Position numbers and translations under genes: made by a program
The notes under the pieces: generated by a model
The model's input: the letters and a program-made list of their open reading frames with translations, nothing else
Database searches by the model: none
Told to the model about the DNA's origin: nothing
Assembly: GCA_964016885.1 (NCBI GenBank)
Contig: OZ024740.1
Location: 85,870,001 to 85,934,000 of the forward strand
DNA from: Eledone cirrhosa
Taxonomy: Eukaryota
Length of the DNA: 64,000 bases
Reading direction: 5' to 3'
Part shown: in pieces, positions 54,723-64,000 of the stretch
Numbering within the stretch: the stretch's first letter is position 1
Layout: the number at the start of each line of letters is the position of its first letter

Positions 54723-57700
54723 TTGAGAGTTGGCTGTTTGAACGCGCGTGGCCTGGGCTCAGCTTGGAAGCAAGCAAAGCTTCTAAATGACCTCAGGTCA
54801 CAAAGTATAGATGTGATGGTTGTTTGCGAGAGTCGGATCAGCAGCGTGAGACAGCTGGCGCCCGCCTTCGATGACTTTGAGATGCACGCATCTCTCTGTC
54901 AACCCAGAGGCGGGGGGGGGGGGGGGGGGTTGCCGTACTGCTGGATAAACGTCTGGCTCTCGACGTACAGATTGTTCACTCGGACCCGGGGGGTCGATTA
55001 CTGGTGCTGGACGTCGGAGGCGGTGAAGGCGGGGCTTTCAGACTGGTCGGTCTTTATGCCCCCTTCGGGGCGGAAAGAGCCGACTTCTTCCAGCGTCTGG
55101 AGACTTTTCTAGGAACGTCGCGTTCCCTGCTTTTAGTGGGGGACTGGAATGGAATCCTAGATGCGCGTTGGGACTATGCAGGGGCATGTCCCGATAGAGG
55201 GGGGTGTAGCAGCCTAAAGGGGTTACTCGATCGATTCGACCTGGTCGATAGATTTCGACTAGATTGTCCAACTGCGCCAACCTGGACCTGGGCAAACCGC
55301 AGTGGACAATCTAGATCGTACCTAGATAGGTTTTTGGTTAGGAGTAAGGATAGGGACGTATTTAGTTGTCCAGAACTGATCATGGTTGGCTATTCAGATC
55401 ACAAATTAGTGACCTGCGTGGTCAACCTTGATAGAACGCATAGACAGGGTCCCGGTTACTGGAAGATGAACTTGTCCTTGCCGGCAAAGAAAGATTACAG
55501 GAACCGGATTAGTAGCTTAGTTAAGATGCGGTTGACGGGAGCGATCGTCAACAGCAGGTGGTGGGTATCTCTAAAGAGAGAGATTAGAGTAAGTTCGATA
55601 GGTTACAGTAAGGAACTAGCGGCAAATAGAAATAGGAAGGAAAGGGAGTTAACATATAAACTAGAAGAGGCGATTAGGAGCGGAGACGTGGCCAGAGTGT
55701 TAGCGGCGAGAACGGCGTTGAGCCAGTTCTTTGACGCGAAGCACGAAGGCTGCGTTGTCCGAAGTAAAATACGTGCTTTAGGAAACGAGGGGACCAAAGC
55801 TGTTAGCTGGGCCCGCGTGACAGAAGCCAAGAGTGGGATTAAATCCACCATTCGGTCTTTGCGAGACCAGGATGGACGGGTGATCCTTGAACCTGAGCGG
55901 ATGTGCGAGGCCTTTCAAAGGCACTTTGTTCGACTGTTCGGAGGGGGCGGGGGGCCGGACGGGGATGTGGACTTCGGTCCATACCTCGACGGTCTACCGC
56001 GTCTTTCGAGGGGTGAAGCGGAGTGCTGCTAAAGGCCAATCACAGCCACTGAAATCGGGGAAGCGCTCAGCCAATGCAGCAGACGCAAATCTCCGGGTCT
56101 CGATGGTCTACCATACGAACTTTATTTAGCTATGCCGGTCTTGTTCTCCGAACTCCTCGAGGTTGTCTATTGCAACTGGCAACAGAACCGGAGAATTCCC
56201 TGTTCTGTGACCAAGGGCGTGGTCACGCTAGTGAGGAAGGACGAGAGCAAAGGGGACGACTTAAGTAACTTTAGGCCCATAACTCTGCTAAATGCAGAGT
56301 TACAGATTTTGGCCAAGGTGTTGGCGAAGAGGTTGGCGCTTGTGGTGGGTGGTTTGGTGGGAGACGCGCAGACATGCGCTATCCCGTCCAGGTCCATTCA
56401 CGACAACCTCCACCTCATGCGATACATCGTAGAGAGGGTTGGCAACGAACCCGGCTTTGGTGGGGCCCTGATCAACTTGGATCAATCTAAGGCGTTCGAT
56501 AGGGTCGACCATGGTTACCTGGATGCGGTGCTAGCGGCGGCGGGCTTCGGACCCGTTTTCAGGGGCTGGATTTCTGCCATGCACAGTGGCAACATCTACT
56601 CTAGGATTAAAGTAAACGGCTACCTCTCGGAGCCGTTTCAAATCACCCGGTCCATCAGACAGGGGTTCCCCCTCTCCTCCCTTCTGTACGTATTGACTCT
56701 CGAGCCACTGCTGCGGAAGTTGGAGTTGCTGCGGGGCATACCCCTGGAACCGGGATTGCACAAAGCGGTCTCGGCCTATGCCGACGACGTAACAGTAATG
56801 GTGGCGGACGCCTCGGAAATCGGGGCGATCGCCACCCTACTGGAGGAATACAAAAGGCTGACGGGGACTAGGCTGAACCAGGACAAGTCAGTCGGTTTGC
56901 AACTCGGAACGTGGAGGGGCAAACCGATGCCGTTAGACGGTGTCGTCTGGCGGTGGACGGAGGGTCCGGTGAAGCTGCTCGGGGTCTGGTTCGGACCGGA
57001 CCTCCAGGTGGAAAAGAATTGGGGCGAGGTGACGAGCAGGGTGTTTGCGCTGACCCAGAAGTGGGCCAAGTGCAAACTATCACCGAAAGGTCGGGCGGAG
57101 GTGACGAACGCTTACATAGCGTCCGTCATCTACTACCGCCTGACCGTCGTGCCTTGCCCCAAGGAAAAGCTCACCATCATGGAACGCATGCTCTTCCAGT
57201 TCCTCTGGAAGAAGCGGCCTCCCATGGTGAGGAGATCCATCTGCTGCCAGCACCCTTCGAAAGGAGGGCTGGGTATGCCGTGGCTGTTGATGCGTAGGCA
57301 CGCATTGAGGCTACGGCATCTACAGGTATTCCTCAACGGTCAGCCAGTGTGGGCCCCGTTTGTGAGGCGAGCCTTCCCACAGCTCGTCTCGCTCACAGAA
57401 CTGCAATCCTGGGTGAAGCAAAGACCGAGAAAACTGGGCAACTGGCACACCGAGTGTGCCCAGGCGCTCACGGCTATCTGGCAAGCGGACCCGACTATCA
57501 GTGGAGAATCCACCTCGACATTCTATAGAGGGTTGGTGGCTAGCAAGGGCAACGACACCCTTGGAGAGTCGCTAGGCATGGAGGAGGACGAACTGGCCAG
57601 CCTGTTCGGTAGAACTTTCGGCCCGGGACCCATGGACAACTTCCAGAGGTCCCTAGCCTGGCAGTGTTACCGGGGGGCTCTGCCCGTTCGAGAAAAGCTC

Positions 57701-58159
57701 TACAGACACGGGCGCCCGGGCAGGGATCCCGCGAAAAAGATCTGTCCCAGATGCGTGCGCGACGAGGAAACCGTTGCGCATGCACTGGTACAGTGCCCGG
57801 GCGTTGCCGATCTGTGGGGCTACGTCGAACGACTGCTGTCGCGTGTGGCGCCGATTCGATTAACCGCCGAGTCTGTGGTGAACATCAAGCCGCCTCCTCC
57901 CTTCAGAAATGAAGCAGAGGCGGTCTTTCTGTGCGTAATAGCCATGATGAAAGAGGTTGTGTGGTGGACGCGCCTGAAAGGTCTGAGGTCGGGTGACTTT
58001 CTCTCCGGCCATCACCTGGTTTACTTCTTCCGATACCACTTCGGAAGAAGGATCAGGATGGAGAGAGAAGTGCTTGACCCCAGACAGTTTTATGAAAGGT
58101 GGGTGAAAGAAACGAGAATGGCCCGTGTAAATGGGCCTTCTCTCTACATTGTTCTGTAG
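54723..58159 (+). pseudogene. Tx1-type ORF2 (APE + RT + zinc motif); frameshift at the G-run near 54920 and stop at 56030
   Basis: CLNARG, YAP, GDWN, SYLDRF, SDH, KSPGLDG, FRPITLLN, DQSKAFDRVDH, AYADD, KGGLG, CPRC...ETVAHALVQC. Confidence 0.95.
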
Positions 58160-58387
58160 GTGAAGAAGTGAAGAGGAAAGGGGGAGCGCCTCCTCTCTGG
58201 GCTTCCCCCGCGAAAAGAGTTGCACACTTTTAGGGGGTATGTGCAATCCCCAACACGCCCCCTCCCTTTTGAGGACTTTTTATTGTTATATTATTATTGT
58301 TATTCCTTTTTCTTTACTCGATTTATGTAAACTCCCCCACTGTGTAAATGTCCCCTTCTTTTGTGCCCTCGTGGCAAATAAATAGAA

Positions 58388-58448
<61 letters not shown>

Positions 58449-58545
58449 CGTACCTACCTACCTACCTACCTACCTACCTACCTACCTACCTACCTACCTA
58501 CCTACCTACCTACCTACCTATCTATCTATCTATCTATCTATCTAT

Positions 58546-58662
58546 ATTCCCTTTTGAGGTTATTTTCGATTATTTTCATGTTACACCCTTTTTACTCGAT
58601 TATATGTAAACTCCCCCTTTGTATTTGTCCCTTCTTTTTATGCCTTTATGGTAAATAAAGAA

Positions 58663-58663
<1 letters not shown>
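58546..58663 (+). repeat. Isolated Tx1 3' UTR fragment between (TCTA)n tracts
   Basis: Matches 58263-58388 (tgtaaactcccc...tgtccc.ttctttt.tgcc...aataaa). Confidence 0.8.
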
Positions 58664-58708
<45 letters not shown>

Positions 58709-58709
58709 A

Positions 58710-61700
58710 TCCTCAGTTAACTAAAAAAAAAGAGGCACTACTGCCAACACCCAAAACAACAACACAACCACCACCACCACCACAACAACAACAACAACAA
58801 CAACAACAACACGCAAACACAACCAAAACACAGAACAACAAACCAACCTGCAAGCACAGTGCCACCCAACCCCACTCCACCTAAACCCACTGCAAAAAAC
58901 CCCACAAACACAACAGCTCCCCAAAACATACCCCTTCCAAATAATACAGACAGCACAACGGACGAGGCCCCCACATCATCACCAAGTGATGATGAGGGAG
59001 AGCCTCTCCGTTCGAAAAGAAAGAAGAAAAGACACCACAAGAACAAAAAAACAACAAACATCACTACAAACATACAACCACCAACACAAACAACACAAAA
59101 TTACAACCCCCCCCCGTCCCGAAAACAAAACCACGCATTCACTCCAAACACAAACACCTACAACAAAACGAAAGCTCCCACAAGAACAACAGACAAAAAA
59201 CCATCGCATAGATAGATATCGACTAGATTTTCCGACTGTGCCACTGTGGACGTGGACTAATCGCATCGGAACATCTAGATCGTACCTAGATAGGGTTCCA
59301 GTTAGAAATAAGGATAGGGATATGTTAAGCTGTCCACAAATGTTCATGGTTGCCTATTCAGATCACGAACTAGTGACCTGCATGGTCAACCTTGATAGTA
59401 CCCATGGAGAAGGACCCGGCTACTGGAAGCTGAACTTGTCGTTACCGACATGCAAAGCCTACAGTAGACGGATTAGCACTTTAGTTAAACAGCACTTGAC
59501 AGGGGCCATTGTCAACAACAGATGGTGGTACTCTCTCAAGAGGGCAGTTAGATTAGACTCGTTAGTTTTTAGTAAAGAATTAACGTTAGATAGAAACAGA
59601 ACCGAGAAAGAACTGGTAGATAAAATAGAAGAGGCAATTAGAAGTGGCAACTAGCCAGCGTGCTAGCAACGATAACGGCCTTGGACCAGTTCTTCGACGC
59701 AAAGCACGAGGGCTGCGTTGTCAGAAGCAAAATACGTGCTGTGGGAAACGAGGGAGCCAAAGCTGTTAGCTGGGCCCGAGTGACGGAGGCAAACAGTGGC
59801 AACAAGTGCACGATTCGGTCTTTGAAGGACCAAAACGGACGCGTGATACGTGAGCCGAAGCAGATGTGTGAGGCCTTTCAGCGGCACTTTGTTCAGCTGT
59901 TCGGGCAGGGCGGCGCGCCGAGAGGAGCTATGGATTTCGGTCCATACCTCGACGGCCTACCGCGACTCTCGGACAGCGAGGCGAAGTTCTGCGAAAAGCC
60001 GATTTCAGCCGCTGAGATAGGGGATGCGTTGAGCCAATGCGGCAAACGCAAATCTCCAGGTCTCGACGATCTACCCTACGAATTTTACGTAGCAATGCCG
60101 GACTTATTCTCCGGTCTCCTGGAAGCGGTCTACTGCAACTGGCAACAGAACGGGAGAATTCCCAGTTCTGTAACCGGGGGCGTAGTCACACTAGTAAGGA
60201 AGGACGAGAATAAGGGGGATGACATAGGCAACTTCCGGCCCACAACTCTGATAAACACAGAGTTACAGATTTTGGCCAAGGTGCTGGTAAAAGGCTGGCG
60301 CTTGTCGTCGAGAACCTGGTGGGAGAAGCGCAGACATGCACAATCCCGACCAGGTCCATACACGACAACCTCCACCTCATGCGATACATCATAAAGAGGG
60401 TAGGGTGTAAACCCGGCTTCGGTGGGGCCCTGATCAACTTGGATCAGTCTAAGGCTTTCGATAGGGTTGACCATCGTTACCTGGATGCGGTGCTCGGGGC
60501 GGCAGGCTTCGGACCCGTGTTCAGGGGCTGGATTGCTGCAATGCATAACAATAACATCTGCTCAAGGGTTAAGATGAACGGCTACCTTTCGGAGCCGTTC
60601 CATATCACGCGATCCATTCGACAGGGATGCCCTCTCTCCTCCCTTCTGTACGTATTGACTCTCGAGCCACTACTGCGGAAGTTGGAGCTATTGCAGGGCA
60701 TCTCTCTGGAACCGGGACTGCGAAAAGCGGTGGCGGCCTACGCCGACGACGTGACAATAATGGTGTCGAGCGCTTCGCAATTCGAGGAAGTCGGCACCTT
60801 ACTGAAGGAATACGAAGGTTCACAGGAGCGAAGCTGAACCGGGACAAGTCCATCGGTTTGCACTTCGGATCGTGGAGAGGCAGACCGATGCCTTCCGATG
60901 GCGTCGTCGGACGCTGGACGGAAGGACCAGTAAAGCTGCTCGGGGTCTGGTTTGGTCCGGACCTCCAGGTGGAGATGAACTGGAACGAGGTGTCGGCCAA
61001 GGAGTTTGTACTCACCCAGAAGTGGGCCGAGTGCAAACTATCCTTGAAAGGTCGAGCGGAGGTGGAGAACACTTTTATAGCGTCCGCCATCTACTACCGC
61101 TTGACCATCGTGCCTTGTCCAGCCAAAACGCTCGCCAAAATGGAGCACGCGCTCTTCCAATTCCTTTGGAAGAGGCAGCCTCCTTTGGTGAGAAGATCCA
61201 TCTGCTGCCAACATCCTTCCAACGGAGGGCTGTGGATGCCGTGGCTGACGATGCGCAAACACGCGCTCAGGCTGCAGCATCTCTACGTATTCCTCACCGG
61301 ACAACCGGTGTGGGCTCCGTTCGTGAGGCGAGCCTTCCCACGACTCGTCTCGCTGACCGAGCTGCAGTCCTGGGTCAAGCAAAGACCGAGGAAAATGGGC
61401 GACTGGCACATCGAATGTGCTCGTGTGCTCACAGCCCTCTGGCAGGCGGACCCGGTGATCAGTGGAGACTCCACTTCGTCATTCTATAGAGGGTTGATCC
61501 AAAGCAAGTGCGACGACGCGCTCGGTGAAACTCTAGGCGTAGAGGAAGACGAACTGGCCCCTCTGTTCGGTAGGAGCTTCCCCTCGGGACCGATGGACAA
61601 CTTCCAAAAGTCCCAGGCCTGGCAGTGCTACCGAGGAGCTCTACCAGTTCGAGACAAGCTCTACAGACATGGGCGCCCGGGCAGGGACCCTGCAAAAAAG

Positions 61701-62360
61701 ATCTGTCCGAGGTGCGTGCGAGACGAAGAAACCGTCGCGCACGCATTCATACACTGCCCGGGCGTCACTGACCTGTGGGGCTATGTAGAACGACTATTGT
61801 CGTGGGTGGGACCAATCCGGTTGACCACCGAGTCCATTGTCATGATCAAACCGCCACCCTCCTTCAAAAACGAAGGAGAGGCGGTTTTCCTTTGTGTGAT
61901 AGCTATGGCGAAAGATGTTGTATGGTGGACAAGGTTGAAAGGGCTGAGGTCAGACATCTTTCTCTCCGGCCAACAACTGATTCTTTTTTTCAAATACCAC
62001 TTTGGAAGAAGAATGAGGATGGAGAGAGAGGTGCTCTACCCCAGCAAGTTTTATGAAAGGTGGGTGAAAGTGGCGAGAATGGCCCGAGTGAATGGGCCTT
62101 CTCTCTATATCAGCCTGTAGGTTGAGGAAAAGGAGGAGGAGAGGAAAGGAGTACAAACTCTTCGTACTCCTGGAGATGAGGGTTGCACATTTTTTCGGGG
62201 GTATGTATTACGCATATGAACTGTCTCCCCCTATTGGGGGAAAATGGACTAATTTTTTAAATTGCATTTGTGATAACATTTTACACGTTTTTATTGTATG
62301 TAAACTTCCCCCTTTGTATTTGTCCCCTTCTTTTGTGCCCCTGTGGCTAATAAGGAAACA
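58710..62360 (+). mobile_element. Tx1-clade LINE copy 2: 5'-truncated, internally deleted (ORF1 joined to mid-endonuclease near 59205), frameshifted
   Basis: ORF2 peptides are paralogous to copy 1 (SYLDR, DQSKAFD, AYADD, RVNGPSLY). Ends in (TCTA)n. Confidence 0.92.

Positions 62361-64000
<1,640 letters not shown>

Larger units (their letters stand above)
52673..58388 (+). mobile_element. Near full-length Tx1/L1-clade LINE (copy 1) bounded by (TCTA)n
   Basis: ORF1 with a CCHC knuckle, APE-RT ORF2, and a 3' UTR with AATAAA followed by (TCTA)n. Confidence 0.92.

Overview
This is repeat-dominated eukaryotic DNA. The dense (TA)n/(CA)n/(TATG)n/(TCTA)n microsatellites and the SINE type suggest a cephalopod (octopus-like) genome, but that assignment is inference. 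No host protein-coding gene is supported, and most short ORFs in the track are microsatellite or antisense artefacts. The window is a mosaic of mobile elements. It holds Penelope-like elements (RT + GIY-YIG), a young Ty3/Gypsy LTR element (228-bp LTRs, intact pol, -1 frameshift signal), a decayed Helitron, RTE-clade LINEs, R4/Dong-type REL LINEs, a head-to-tail cluster of Tx1/L1-clade LINEs and SINE arrays. By eye I find about 13 conventional type I hammerhead ribozyme (HHR) motifs, mostly in ORF-less fold-back or partial-tandem elements inserted in (TA)n. Two observations stand out. (1) A 532-bp tandem repeat at 42.6-44.2 kb carries all three hammerhead strands in register but in reversed order, which matches none of types I/II/III and implies a pseudoknotted or multimer-assembled ribozyme. 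(2) The Gypsy element has lost the terminal CA in both LTRs and is flanked by a 97-bp target duplication. All structures were derived by manual reading; no folding, alignment or database search was run.
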